Source: Felis catus
Taxonomy: Eukaryota
Assembly: GCF_018350175.1 (NCBI RefSeq)
Contig: NC_058368.1
Coordinates: forward strand, 5,766,001 to 5,830,000
DNA length: 64,000 bases
Direction: 5' to 3'
The position numbers and the translations under genes were made by a program. Shown here piece by piece: positions 13,156 to 28,159 of this stretch; position 1 is the first letter of the stretch; the number at the start of each line of letters is the position of its first letter. The notes under the pieces are model-generated. The model was not told the origin of the DNA. It searched no databases and worked only from the letters and a program-made list of their open reading frames with translations.

Positions 13156-13333
13156 CAGAGAGAAAGGGTGAGGGGTAGCAGGGTGGAAATGTCCTCACGG
13201 CTCTACCAAATAAGAAGGAGAAGAAAAGGAGGATTAAGGTTGAGTGATGAGAAATGGTGTTCTCATCTGTATGCATGATTTATTCCTCCTGGCAATATTT
13301 AGGCTGCTCCTTTTAAAAAGGAAAGGGGCTCTC

Positions 13334-13516
13334 ACTCTTAAAAACTGAGAACAAACAGGGTTGATGGGGGGTGGGAGGGAGGGGAGGGTGGGTGATGGGT
13401 ATTGAGGAGGGCACCTGTTGGGATGAGCACGGGGTGTTGTATGGAAACCAATTTGACCATAACTTTCATATATTGAAAAATAAAAACAATAAATAAAAAA
13501 AATAAAAATTAAAAAA
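13334..13516 (+). mobile_element. 5'-truncated young L1_Fc 3'UTR fragment with A tail
   Basis: Close match to 59394-59540 of the L1 in this window (actcttaaaaactgagaacaaac...gggtattgaggagggcacc). Confidence 0.9.
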
Positions 13517-15269
13517 GCTCTAAAAGTTGGGTCTAAAAGTTCAGACCCACTCCCCGGGCTCCCAGGCCCTTCCCTGGGCAGGCCCCGGGGAGCCCACACA
13601 CTTCCCTGGGTTGTCAAAGCCACAGCCACCACCACCCCCTGCCTTGAGCTTCCTCCACTCGAGATCATAGGGCTTGCTCACGCGCTTTCTTTGTGTCCTA
13701 CTCAAGAGGCAAGGGAAATCAGCAGAACGGGGAAGTGATCGCATGTTTCAAAATCCTAGAAAGTCCCCTCAGCCGTTACAGTATTTACTTAGCGACAACT
13801 CAGCAAGATCTAGTAGGGCCGGCCCGGTTCCTGGGCTGCTTGTTTTCCATCCTGACGACTGACGGGGTTCGTCCGATGTCTGGGCCCGCCCGTCGTAACC
13901 CCTCTCCCCAAACTGCGCCAAGCTTCGCCAAGCACAGACCTCGAGTCGAGGCCTGCGGTGGACAGTGCAGGCGAATACACATTGTACATCCTAACGCTGC
14001 AATTGGGACTGGAGGAGGCCCGGGCTAAGTTAGTGGGAAGTCTTGATTCTGAAGTCCCTTAAACAGAAACTAGCGCATTCCTTTTAAGCACTTAAAAGGC
14101 TTAATTAAGCAACTAAAAGCTAGCATTCTGTGTATTCATTTAAATGACTTGAGTGACTCACGGCGAAGACGGGTGGCAGACATAACGTGAATTTGCGGGA
14201 AACAGAGCCTTTACCACAATCCAGGAGTATGTGCGAGTGCTGTCACGAGGCAGGGGCCAAACCCTTCCCTGTCCCAACTGTTAGCACCGCTTTAATTTTT
14301 CTCCCCTGGGTCCAGTCCATGTGGGGACATCCGCCCTGACTTTTCCTCCCCAGCTTTGTTCCAATGTTCAAGGTTTCCCCAGGAAATACTTCTGATGGAA
14401 ACTTAAATTCTAATTTGTATCAAAATAAGGAGAAAAGATCATAGAATTCGCGAAGTTGTGCAAGCCTGAGAAAAAAAGAGCTCAAGGTAAATTCACCCTA
14501 TGAAATATTAGTCAAGCATCTAGGATCGTAATCAGAAGTGGAGCGCTAGCCTGAAGCGGGGCACATGGCCGAGGAAATACGCCAAACCCACTTGCATTTG
14601 TCTCAACGGTCTTCTAGCCGCTCTGGATGTTGACATTATTGTTAAATTGTAACTTTTCCAGCCATAGCAGGAATGCTAGGAGAGGAGTAGTTTCCTGGCC
14701 CTTCAATGGACAGAAAGAGCTGGTTCATCTCTTCCTCCTTCCAATCAGAGGGTCTGACCTTCCCACACAGAGGGATACAGGGATACAGTCCCCAGAGCCA
14801 TCATGACTCAATGCTGAAGGTTTACATACAGAAGAAAATGTACAGCAGCGAACTATTTTCCTATCTGTAACTGCTTTTTTCTTTTTTTTTCCCCAGCACA
14901 ACTTTAAGATAGTTCTACTGGGTGCAAATTATACCTTACAGATTCCGATTTCATGCCAGTAAGGAAGGTATCCTTAAACCAGGTATCTGAACCTTTTACT
15001 TTGACAGCTAAGCGTCTCTAGTTTTTATCAAAATTGAAAAGATCTGAGGGTGCGTCCAATGATATTATTTATATTTGGGGGAAGACCAGACAGCACTAAG
15101 TGAAGAACTCATTTCGTTTAATAAAGCGCATTTTTGCTTTAATCATATTTAGTACTACGTAGAAAGGAAGGAAAAGTTAAGAGAAGCTGGCACTGTATGT
15201 TTTAAAAAAAAAGCTGTTGAAAATGTCATAAAGGGACTCCTTCTTGCATCAGGTAAGGATGGACTAGAT

Positions 15270-15585
15270 TAGGGGTTGGTGAGCTAAGACCAATGGCCAA
15301 ACCTAGCCCACTGCCTCATTTTTACGGCCTGAAAGTTTAGAATGGTTTTTACACTTTGAAGTTATTGAGAAAAAAAAAATCAAGTATTTTGTGACACGTG
15401 AAAACTGTATGACATTCAAATGTCGGTGTCCATCAGTGAGGTTTTATTGGAACATGGCCATACCCCGCTGCTGTTTTGTGATAGTGGCAGAGTTGAATAG
15501 TTGGTACAGACCATCTGGTGTGCAAAGCCTGAAGTATTAACTCTCTGGCTCTTTCCCGGAAAAAAAAAAAGTTTGCCAATCCCTA
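15270..15585 (+). mobile_element. hAT-Charlie non-autonomous DNA transposon, MER58B-like
   Basis: Imperfect TIRs taggggttgg...ccaatcccta; internal 'gttttattggaacatggcca' and 'gcaaagcctgaagtattaactctctggc'. Confidence 0.8.
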
Positions 15586-15909
15586 GGCTGAGTGATCTCT
15601 GAGGTCCTTTTCACCTCCAAGCTTCTAGGAAGTTTACTTCTTAGATAACCCAGAATTCTCCATCAAAGACAGTGTGTGGAACATACATGAACCTGATAAT
15701 TATCGTAATCCCAAAGACTCTCTTCTGTGTCAATACTCACAGAACATACATAGAAACTTCCAAGACATTACTTTTAAAGGTACGCTCTTGGTTCTAGAAA
15801 GCAATTCTTTATAATTTTTAGCAGTTTTATCACATTAACAAGTTTAAAAGACCATCCTTAGAGTTACCAAGTAAAATAAACAAAAAAAAAAAAAAACCCA
15901 ACTCCCTTG

Positions 15910-17597
15910 GAATTCATACCATAAAATATTTATTAATAAGTAAAAGGATTCCCCTGCCTTTGTTATTAAAAAATTTTGAGCATCTTCGTGGATACCGATT
16001 GCCAACAATGGTTTTATATCATTCAGTCATGAGAGAGAGAGCGAGCGAGAGAGAACAGAGAGAGAGCCGAGCAAAAAATAGGGTAGACAGAAAATGGATG
16101 GATAGTTGGATATATAAACTATCGATATAAATATAAATGTGGGAAAGACCATACCTTACAAATGGTTTGTTTAATTGCAAATCTGGGTTGTGCCAGCAGA
16201 TGGAAATACAATTGCACATACTTAAACTTACTTCTTTTAAGCAAACAGTACAGATTCACTTGAATTTCATAACTCAGAACATTAGTAATGAATACAGTGC
16301 TTGTTGAGGACTATAAGAGAGAGGAAAACAAAAACTAACTGTGAGGGAAGAAAGGCAAGATCTCTTTGAAAAGCTTTTCTCTTGACTCAGTAGTCCCCCC
16401 CCCCCGCCTGAAAAATAAGCCATTCTGATAACAAGAGTATGAAAAGCCTCATGATTTGCAAAGGATATTGTATTTGTGGTTTAAATTTCATCCCAAGTCT
16501 CAGATTATGGCTGAGAAGTTATACTAAGTATCGTTGTAAAGCATTTCTTTGAATTTTTATAGGAAAACAAGAACATGTTTTATCAGATCCAGGCAGAAAT
16601 GCTGATCTTCATTTATAACAGTAATTACCCGCACACGGTACCATATAGACATGGGGATCCGAAAACCGAACAGAACAAAATGCCAAGCCATACCACACGG
16701 TAAAATTCCAACTCACTTGGAGAAGTAGCAGGTGGTAACTTATGATTTCAATATAAAAACATCTAATTATGTCTTCTCAGATGTCACTATCAAGTCAGAA
16801 AACTAGATGATACGATCAGGAATGAGATGAACGGTTGTATTACTACACCACCCGCTGCTTAAAAGATTGAAGTAGTCCCAGAGTTCTGAAATGTCATTAG
16901 TTAAGTAACTATACAATTTCTTTCAGTCTCTTTTTAATGTAGAAAATCACTTTGTAATAAGATCTCTACACAAGGTAAAAAAGCACAAAATAGACCAAAA
17001 AAAAAAAAAGCACAAAAATAGACAAAATATATCTATCTTTTTACAATGAAATTAAGATGTGCCTGTGAAACACTGAGATCAAGGACCCAGCTCAGGGAGT
17101 TCGAACTGGATCTCCTTTTATAATAATTCTGTCTTTACATCTTCCCCTGAACCTTGGATGCTTATAAAACTCTTACCCAGGTAAAAGGGAGGGAACAGGT
17201 ATTCCGATCTTGGACAGTAAGAAACAAAAAAGAAATAATCGCAAGGATACAATAGAAACCCTCCATCTGTCCGTTCACAAAATCCTTCCGACAGTCGTAC
17301 CTCAAGGGCCCTTACGGCCTCAAGTGTCTGTCACACAACCACGGGCAACAACACGGGCATCTCCAGATGATGCTTTTTTTCCGTCATAAATCAATCACGC
17401 ACCGGGACGAAACCACATCCAGAAAGGCTAACGTGGAAAGAGACGTTTTCGTACGGCTGGGGGCAAACGAAGCCATCCAAGAGAATCGGGCCGTCCACAC
17501 CAGCCACACGGGCGGACTTCCACTTAGAGAATTCCTCCCGCATCCCCGGCTTCCCCGTGGCTCCTGTCCCGTGCAGGAACCCGGCGGGCACCCTGAG
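15910..17597 (-). other. SHISA2: SHISA2 3'UTR (~1.7 kb)
   Basis: AT-rich stretch free of interspersed repeats between the stop codon and the poly(A) signal. Confidence 0.75.
15929..15934 (-). terminator. SHISA2: SHISA2 poly(A) signal
   Basis: tttatt on + is AATAAA on -; followed on - by a GU/U-rich downstream element (plus 15869-15900, aaataaacaaaaaaaaaaaaaaaccca). Confidence 0.8.
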
Positions 17598-18170
<573 letters not shown>

Positions 18171-18536
18171 TCATCGTTTACTGTAAGAACGCAGTAAAAG
18201 ATCAGCGCTTGGAGTAAGTGCGCCACACCCATACCCGGAACCGAAGGACCCAGGCTGGGCCAGTCTCTACTTTCTAGCGGCCCACAGGATGCCCGGTCCC
18301 TCATCAAGTACGCAGGGAGGGCGGCAGGGCCCTGTAGGCGGACCGGCCCCCAAAGCAAAACTGTTAACGTTCACAGCTGAGGCTCACCAACTGCAACACT
18401 GAGACGAATGTCCAATTTAGCAAAAATACGAATTCAATGTTTTGAGACTTCTAAAATTCCTACAGTAACTGAGCTGCCTGAACTTAAGTCTGCCCTAACA
18501 GATACTTGTCGGATCTGCATAGAAATGAATTAAATT

Positions 18537-18750
18537 TCTGGGGGTGGCTCAGTCAGTTGAGTGTCCGACTTCAGCTCAGGTCATGATCCTGTGGGGTTTG
18601 TGAGTTCGAGCCCTGCGTCGGGCTCTGTGCTGATGGCTCGGAGGGTCTCCCACTCTCTCACTCTGCCCCTCCCCTGCTCGTACTCTGTCTCTCTCTCTCT
18701 CTCTCTCAAAAATAAACATTTAAAAAAAAGTTTTTAAATATTTTTAAAAA
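18537..18750 (+). mobile_element. Can-SINE in SHISA2 intron
   Basis: 16-bp TSD agaaatgaattaaatt at 18521-18536 and 18751-18766. Confidence 0.92.
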
Positions 18751-20373
18751 AGAAATGAATTAAATTATTTAAGAGTGGTTCCCCCCCACCCACACACACC
18801 CCCTGGAAGCTATGTTCTTTGCAGACTTCTCTTGCCATTCTTGAGCTGTTATTTTTTTCACAGGCAAGTAAATCAAAAACTTGGGTCTAGCCACAGCCGT
18901 TTCCAAATCTGTAACGCAAGGCACAGGGGTCATCAAAGAAGGGTAAAAAAAATAAAAAAAAAAAAAATACAAAAAACCACCACACACACTTGCCTCGCTG
19001 AGGGCTGGTCCTTGGGCCGTGGGCCCCCTCCGTGGGCACTGGATGGTGGAAGGGTGACGTGACTCGCAATAAAGGGAAGCTATTCCAGCCACGTGCAGGT
19101 CAGCATGAAACAAGGTACTGAACAGAACAAATGTTGGGAGCAACAGGACATCTGTTCCAGGGAGAAGGGCAGCCCCCATGATCAAGAAGGGACCCAGGCA
19201 GGGCCAGGGTGGCTGGAGTAGGGCAGTTACACCCGCAGTTAACAACACTGGGTTCTGTATGAAGAACTCTAGGGAAAGCCTGCAGACCGTGGAGCAGTGT
19301 GTGTCGTATTTAACGAGTAAGGTTTCTTCTGAAAAATAACGTACAAGCGGAAAATAAAAAGCCTTAAGTTGGCAGCGAGTTCCATTTTTACACTGTTGTA
19401 CTGAGAACAATCTTTTGGAAGCTCTGGGGATGGCACTCCAGGACTTTCAGAAGCTAGACGCAGGCTGCCGGGGACGGAGAATCGGGAGACGGGAGGCTGC
19501 ACGGTGCTTCAGAGCCACTTTGGAATTCTACCCCGTGTCACCGAGAATCTGTTTTCTGATGGGCTCCTGCCTGTCGCCTTGGCTTTTCGATTGGAAACTA
19601 CAGAAGGACAGGGACTAGGGCTCGCTGGTCTCGGCAAAGCCTAGAGCACAGGGGTGCAGGGCAGCACTTGGGAAGAAGCCCAGCTCTGAGACTCCTCAAG
19701 TCAGTGTTATTAGAAGACACTGCCACACGGATTCCTGGAGGAATAATGCCTTGTTAAGTAAAACGTACTTTATAGGTAGGTCCCAAAGGCTGACCTCTGA
19801 AGACTTCCTAAACCTTCAGTGCTGAACACTGTATTAATGTCGCGGCCCCGGCAGCAGGTAGAAACACTTGCTAGAGTTTGCAGCGCAGAGGGTTTTCAGA
19901 TGAGAGTGCTGTTCTAACAGCATGATCTCTTCAGCCCAGCTATGACGGACCGGAGCAGTGGACACTGGGCTTTTCCGTATGCACGTTATAATTATCTCAT
20001 TCTCTAAATTAGGGTACCAGCCCTAAATGGGTTATTGGGATGTAAACAAATAAAAGCAAAAAAAAAAAAAATACTCCAGACATCACAGCAGAAACTAGCT
20101 GAGTTCAGTGTAAGTCCACAGAATGAGTTTTGGGGAGAAAGAATTGTTTTCCTTCCAGGATTTTTCATGGGGGTGTAAATAACCACACAGAGGTAAAGAA
20201 CGCAGTGCTCCCATAAACCCTGGGCACAGCCTGATTAGGCACGTTGACCGTTTTGACTGCAGAAGAGAAGTCAGTGGAACAGAGTGTTTAGGAAAAAGGA
20301 TTTAAAAGAGTGAAGAAGGCGTCCACCTCACAAGAAGCCAGCCGCCTTCTGGTCTGTCCAAAGTCAACTCAAC

Positions 20374-20598
20374 TTTTTTTTCTAAACTTTTTTTTTAATG
20401 TTTGCTTATTTTTGAGAGAGAGACAGAGAGACAGAGCGCAAGCTGGGGCAGAGACAGAGGGAGACACGGAATCCAAAGCAGGCTCCAGGCTCCGAGCTGT
20501 CAGCACAGAGCCCGATGCGGGGCTAGAACCCAGAAAGTGTGAGATCATGACCTGACCCAAAGTCGGATGCTTCACCGACTGAGCCACCCCGGCGCCCC
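20374..20598 (-). mobile_element. Can-SINE (SINEC_Fc-type) in SHISA2 intron
   Basis: T tail, GA-rich body, ends gagccaccccggcgcccc. Confidence 0.92.
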
Positions 20599-21727
20599 TC
20601 AACCCAGCTTTTTAGAGATCACTCATGAGCCCAACTTAGCAGATACATCGAGGCAGCAGTTCCGTCTTTGGCTCCTTTCTCAAGGCTTTCTTCCCCAGTC
20701 ACACGCCGGGCAACAGTGAGCTGGAGCTCTAAGATGGCACCTTTTCTGGAACTACCCTCCGTTCTCCGCTCTTCAGACTCAAGGCAGCGGGACAAGAGGA
20801 GTAGCTTGCTAATAAAATGCTTGACTGCAAAGAGAGCTGCCTCTTACCAGGCCCAGGAGACGGTTCTGGAAACACAGGTGCCACTCAGTGCCAAACAAAG
20901 CTCAGGTAGCTTAAACCCCGGCTCAGGGCGCTGCTAAAAAGTCCTCAACAAAACCAGCTGCAGAAAAGGGAGGAGACGTCCATTCTGTGTTTGCCATCCC
21001 ACCTCCACCTCTACCCTGGTGCTAAGTCCTCCCTCCCCAACGTGGGCGGAGACCCTCAAGGGGGGTGGTCTGGAAGGTTTCTGAAGAATGGAGGAAGTGG
21101 AACTCATCAAATTCGTTTGTGGATGTGTGCTCTCTCTTCGGCAACTTGAAAAAAAACTATTAATTTGAAAAAACCAAAGCCACGAAGAGCAAGCTTGGGC
21201 ACGGGTTTAATATCACACCTACTAAGTCTGACGTGGTAAGGAGAACTGTCCAGAAACCAGAGAGGCCCGGGCCGTGCAGCCAAGTGTTCCAGAGGATTAG
21301 AATTCCCCGGTCTGTTAAAGTGCATCACCCACAGGAAAGCCCTGAGGAGCTGCCAGCCTTCTGCGGAGCCTCTACCGACGAAGGGCCCTCGCCAAACCTC
21401 TCGCTGCGGTCGCGCCCTCACCGTTTCCCGGGGTCCCACCAAGACACTCACTCTTACTAGAAGTTAGACCTATGGAGACAGGAGGCATGGGAGAGGGTTT
21501 CAGAGGTCCCCGGCCAGGAGGAATGCGGGGCTGTCTGCACCCCACGCTGCCTTATGTTTGTGGTTTGCTTCTGAAAATCCAAGCCAAGCTGTTCTTTAGG
21601 GGGCAGATAGGGAAACTGAGGCTCAGGGCAGTGAAGCTTAGCACAACTTAAGAGCTGCTCCAGGATGCAGACCCCTCCCCCCGCAACCTCCTGGTCCAAG
21701 CCCTTTTCTGAAATTCCATCGCCCCTA

Positions 21728-22447
<720 letters not shown>

Positions 22448-23204
22448 TCAGAGGGGCCCCAGAGCCGCCGGCCCGCAGCCCCCGGAGGCTTCACCCGCGA
22501 CGGGAGCCTCCGCTCGCATCCCCGAGGGGACGCTCACTCCCGCCGCCGACCTGAAGCCAGGTCGTTGCCGCGGAGGTTCGGCCTCGTGGTCCCGCGCGCA
22601 AGTCGGGAAGCGGCTCCGCTCCTTTACTGCCCTCTCGGGCGGCGAGAAGGGGCCCAGAAAGGTGGCAGCGCGCGCAGGGCTCCGGGCAGCAAGTGCAGCG
22701 GCCGGCCGCGCTCAGGCTCCCCAGCCCCGAACTCGGTCCGCATGGCTCCGGCCGCGCCGCCCGGGCAGCGCTGCCCTCCGCGGGGCGGACGGCCGATCCT
22801 CCCGGCGCACGCCGGCGTCCAGGACGTGGGCGACGGTCCGGCGCGCCCCCGCCGCGGTCCCGGGAGCCTGCCTGGCTGGCGGCGGCGGCCGCGGCTGCTG
22901 CTGGGCGCGGGTCCAGGCGGGCGGCTCGCCCCCGGCTCCCCCGCTCCGCCTCTCCCGCTGCAGCTCGCTCCCACGGGCGCCCGGCAGCCTCCGTCCAGCT
23001 CTCCCTCTCCCCCTGGGCGCCGCTTCCCTCGGGAGGGGCGCGCACCGATGGGAGCCTCCCACGGAAGTTTCGGTCCTCCGGGCTGCGGAAGAAGCCGAGG
23101 GCGGCAGCCGCCCGCACGCTCACGGCGCCCGGCACCAAGCCAGCTCCGACTGGGCTCGCCGCGGCGCTGCACGGCGTTCTTATTAGGGGCCGGCGGCTCC
23201 CCGG

Positions 23205-23218
23205 GCGCGCATGCGCGC
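23205..23218. promoter_or_regulatory. NRF1-type palindrome
   Basis: Perfect palindrome GCGCGCATGCGCGC containing GCGCATGCGC. Confidence 0.65.
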
Positions 23219-24348
23219 TAGCGCGGGCTTCCCTCCTCCCGGGTACGCCCCGAGACGCCCGGAGCCCTTCACCTTCCGACGCCGGTGGGGCGGCGGGCCG
23301 CGCGGGAAGGAACGCAGCTCAAACAAACTGGGCCTTGCTAACGCAGGAACAGCAGTAATCGTAATAAAAGCAAACTGCACTTGCTTATTGAAGATCCTCG
23401 TCCTTCCATTCGATCCTCAAGACTTCCCTTGCGAAGGATTATAGTCACTTCCCATTTTACAGAGGGTGAACTTGCCGCTCAGATTAAGTGTCTGTCTCAG
23501 CTTCCAGCAGCTCGCGTCCTGGCCACGGCTGGTCACGGGCCACAAGCGTGGACGTGTGTGTGAAAGCGTTCGCATGCCTGGGGCTGCGCCTGGTGGGCTC
23601 CAGGCCTCCACCAGGTGGAACGAAGAGACTTCGGTGAAAGCATTATAAATTTGGCCACTGTCTAGATGATCTGTGTCGAATTTTTTCTTTCCATATTTGG
23701 GCGTGGCGATTTACTGGATTTAAGCAGAAAGGTGCCTCTGTTCAACATTTGGCCTTACGGGTGCAGACAGCTGCAGTGAAGAGGAAAACAAGGTTCAGAC
23801 AGACCAGAAATGCGGCTTTGATGAAGGAGAAATTAATAGCTTCTCCCTTGCGGAAGCTAAAACAACAGGTGCTGATGCTATTAAAGCAGCAGTGATTATT
23901 TTTAAAAGAACTAGTGACCCTTCCGACACGGTCTGGAAGTCGGCGGACCTGGTATCTAGGCCCAGCCCTACCAGTAAAGAATGATTGCATTTTCTTGGCC
24001 TCAGTTTCTTCGTCTTTAAAGTGGACCATGGGATACGATAACCACTAAGGTCCCTTTCAAGTAGGTGACTGTAGAACACAAGGCAGTTTCATTCACGGCA
24101 AAGACACTGCTGTTCAAACAATCATGGGGCACTTGTGAATGCCTGGTAAAGGCACAGATTCAGACATGGTTGACATCCTTCCACTCTCCCCAACAAAATC
24201 AAATGAAAGGAAAATACCTACCCTCTTCTCCCCGGCCCCCCCATCCCAAAGAACACCTCATTCTTTTCACTAAGCCTCTCTGCGAGCATTGCACTTAAAT
24301 CCGTTGTTTTGGGGGAGTTATTTTTAGCTTCATAAAATTATGTATTTT

Positions 24349-24503
24349 TTAAGTTTATTTATTTTGAGACAGAATCCCAAACAGGCCCCTCGCTGTCAGC
24401 AGAGCCCCCCACAAGGGGCTCGAACTCACCAACCCAGTGAGATCATGACCTGAGCCAAAACCGAGAGCCTGTCGCTTCATCAACTGAGCCATCCAGGCAC
24501 CCC
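24349..24503 (-). mobile_element. Can-SINE (short, lacks the GA tract)
   Basis: TSD taaaattatgtatttt on both sides; tRNA-derived head. Confidence 0.88.
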
Positions 24504-24579
24504 TAAAATTATGTATTTTAAATGCACCAGCCACCAACTCTTTTTAACCTAATATGTTAACAAAATTTCAACGTGAAAT

Positions 24580-24800
24580 TATTCATTCAACAAAATCACG
24601 CTGAAGTCTTCCGGTAAGTGTATGGTCCTCTGTGTTGGGTACTGGGGATGCGTCAGGAAGCCAGACATCATGGACGTTTCCTTCAAACAGAGCTCAGTCT
24701 CTGGGGTAAAACAAATTGGACAAAGAGACAAAGAATTGAATAGGCAAAGATAATATGATAAAAGCTATGACTGGTGGTGTACAGGTTAAGCACATAACCT
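24580..24800 (-). mobile_element. L2 3' fragment
   Basis: attcattcaacaaa...ctgtgttgggtactggggatgc is the typical L2 terminus. Confidence 0.6.
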
Positions 24801-26654
24801 GAAGGTCAGGAAGGAGGGAAGGTCAAAAAAATCCAGCCCAAGTTCTGGCCCAACTACAAAGCCTGCCCAGCACACTGCTCCTCCCCACAGTGCCTCCTAC
24901 AGAGGGCCCCGGGACTAACTGTGAGCTCTATACCAATCACCGGGTGCTTAGGTATCATTGTTTTCCGATGGGACCATAAACTGATTTGGGGGGTGTTCAG
25001 AGGGTTAATACTTTACCTTTTTATTCCCCCTTTGGAAAAAATGAATACAAAAGAACTGTAGATTTCTCCAGACAGTCCCTATCCCACACCCTTCTTCCAC
25101 TATCCATTAATCCTCCAAAAATTCTGAGAACTTGTCAGAGTTTATTTATGACGAGAGCGACGTTGCCCATTTCCACACTGGGATTGATTTGGTGACAGGG
25201 TAGGGCCACAGTTTCAACGCAATACGTTTTTCTCAAACAGTTCACCATTTACTCACGGGCAAACCTAGAAATGCAGAGCTTTGAACAAATGCGTTGTCTT
25301 TTCTATTGTTGTGTTCCTTTATTCTTTGAAAATTAAGGAGAGGCCCATTTCATAGTTACTTTATGTGGTGGTTGATTGACTTCAAGGCTCACATCCTTAA
25401 AACGTTCTGTTCATTCCTCTGGCTTGTTTTTAGTTTTTCTTTGCGTCTCTAGTATGTCGTATTGAAATTTTATAAGATGAGTTGTCAAATACTTTTTGAG
25501 CTTCTCTATGGGAGGTGCTACTGGGGGATGTTAAGTTGGCCTTGTTCCTTTCCATAAGAAATAAAAAGAAATTCCCTCACTGTCCTTAACAGACAGCCTA
25601 CACTAATTTTACTACTCTCTTCTGAGAAACCATGGCTAGAAATCATAACATATAGGTAGTAGTAATAGTAATTTATTATAATCAAAACTAAATGTCAGGC
25701 AGTCTGCCAAAGTATATTTAAACACATATGAAAGAGTGCCCTCTTCTCTTTCAAAAAGCTTAATTCTATAGACACTTGCTGGGGAAGTATATTTTCAGAT
25801 AATTTTGTCTTTCGGTCTGTGCCTGTGTATATGAATAAAATGCAGTTGATTCAAATACAGATTTCTGACATATCTTCAGAAGTACAAGTAGAAAGTCATA
25901 TAACTAAAGAAATGATTACTTATACCTCTGCTAACTGGAGTTGATACAAATCATATGGAGGTAATCATATTTCATTTGGCTAGCAGTTCTAACTCTGCAA
26001 AATCTGCAGAGTTTTTCTGCAAGTTTCAGCAAGAGCAGAATTTTCTTACCATCTGTACACCAGTCAGCAGTCTGTTTAGGAAGAATGGCTTTCACTGGGT
26101 TCATTCATTTTTTTTTTCCTCCTCTTTTATAAATAGGAGTAGTATTGAAAATTCACATTTGGTTTACCAGAAGTTCTTTTAAGTTGAAAGTGTTTGTGTT
26201 AACAAATGAGACCTCAAACCCAAACAAATATGCTAATTTATGTTGCTTTTAATTTTGCCTTGTGGTCACCTAACCTCATCTGAAAATAAAAATGGTCTTA
26301 AGGTTTTGAAAACAAACATCTCTCTTGTTGCTTTTAAATTTCTCATCTTTCATCCTCCTCTTTTTCCTTGTAATTGATATACTGACTCTCAGGAAAGTAA
26401 TTTCCATATTTTAAATTCTTTTTTTTTTCCTCATCTGTCATTAACTTTAAACATTTGACATACTTTTCTCCCTCCCCCATCCTCACCCCTAACTCCAGAG
26501 TTTTAATGAACCATTTTTCCGTTGATTTTGGTATTTCCTACTGATATCTTTTCTTTTTGGAAATACAGAGTTACAAACCATCCAGGACTTCTTCCAACAA
26601 TGCTGGAATATCTGAAAGGGTGGCATAAACAAAATCAACCTGGCATCCAAAGCC

Positions 26655-27565
26655 TACAGCAAATATCTGCAAATCATGTAACTGATAAGAGCCTAGTATC
26701 CAGAGTGTATATATTCAAATCAACAACAGACAAGTGGCCCAGTTCAAAATCAGGCAAAGGGCTTGAACAGACGTTTTCTCCCACAACCAACAAACGCACG
26801 AAGAGATACTCAATATCATTAGTCATTAGGGAAATGCACATCAAAATCACAGTGAGATACCATGTTGTACCCGCTAGGATGGCAATAATAGAAATAATAA
26901 TAATCAGGAAATAACAAGGATTAGAGAGAATGTAGAGAAATGGGAACCTTTGCATCCTACTAGTAGGAATATAAAATGGTGCAACCACAGTGCAAGGCAG
27001 TTTGACAGTTACTCAAAAAGTTAGACATAGAGTTACCATATGACCCTGCAATTCCATTCCTATGTATATATATCCAAAAGAAGTGAAAGTGTATGTCCCT
27101 GTATATATTTGTACATAAATGCTCATGGCAGCAATATTCATAATAGCCGACAAGTGGAAACAATCCAACGTCCATCAACTGGTGAACAGGTAAACAGCTT
27201 GTGGTATATCCATGTGATTGGAATATTATTAAGTCACAAGAGGTAGAAAGAACTGATCCGTGCTACAACATGAATGAATCTTGAAAGTATTATGCTAAGT
27301 GAAAGAAGCCAGACAGAAAAGGTACATATTGCATGACTCCATTTATAGGAAATGTCCAGAATAGGCAAATCCAGAGAAACAGAAAGAAGATGAGTGGTTG
27401 CCAGGGGCTACGGGGGAGGGAAGAAGGAGAGTGACTGCTTAATGGGGTTTCCTGTAAGGTCGAAAACGTTCCAGAACTAGATGTGAGCGATAGTTGCGCA
27501 ACATCGTGAGCGCGCTCAACGTCACTAATGGTAAAAGTTACGTTATGTGTATTTTACCACAATAA
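26655..27565 (+). mobile_element. Old L1M (L1MB-like) ORF2 C-terminus and 3'UTR
   Basis: Decayed ORF2 peptide ISLVIREMHIKITVRYH; 3'UTR 'tatgctaagtgaaagaagccagacagaaaagg...tgtgtattttaccacaat'. Confidence 0.85.
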
Positions 27566-27775
27566 GAATCCAGAACTGAAAGAAAAAGCCTGTGCCCATG
27601 ACTAGCTATCTGCCCATGACGTCACATGAAGGCTCTGAAGCAGGTTCACCAGTTTTAAGTCTCTGTTCTCTTAGAAATGAAGAGTGCTGACAGATAATCA
27701 GTGAAGGAGTCCTGTGACACAGCCGGGTACTTCGGAGTAGAATTCTGAGCCCCTAGGTTAATGTTGCAAATCCTT

Positions 27776-28159
27776 TGTTAGAGACTAACTTACATCCCCA
27801 CCCAAGTTCATAGGCTGAAGCCTTCATCCCCAGTGTGACTGTCTGTAGAGACAGGGCCTTTAGGGAGATGATAAAAGGTCACAGGAGAATGGGGCCTAAT
27901 CCAATAGGACTGGTACTGGTGTCCTTATGAAAAAAGGAAGAGACCCCAGGGATGGGTGTGGACAGAGGCATGACCGTGTGAAGACATGGCAAGGAGGCGG
28001 CCATCTGCAAGCCGAGGAGAGAGGCCTTGGGTAAAAAAACAATCTCGCCAGCGCTCGAGCTCAAACTTCCAGCCTCCAGAACTGTGAGATATAGTTTTCT
28101 GTCGTTTAAGCCTCCCAGTCGGTGCTATTTTGTTGAGGCAGGAGAGCAGACTGGTGTAC
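27776..28159 (+). mobile_element. MLT1 (MLT1B-like) MaLR LTR
   Basis: 'gcctaatccaataggactggt', 'gccatctgcaagccgaggagagaggcc', 'cttccagcctccagaactgtgag'. Confidence 0.85.
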
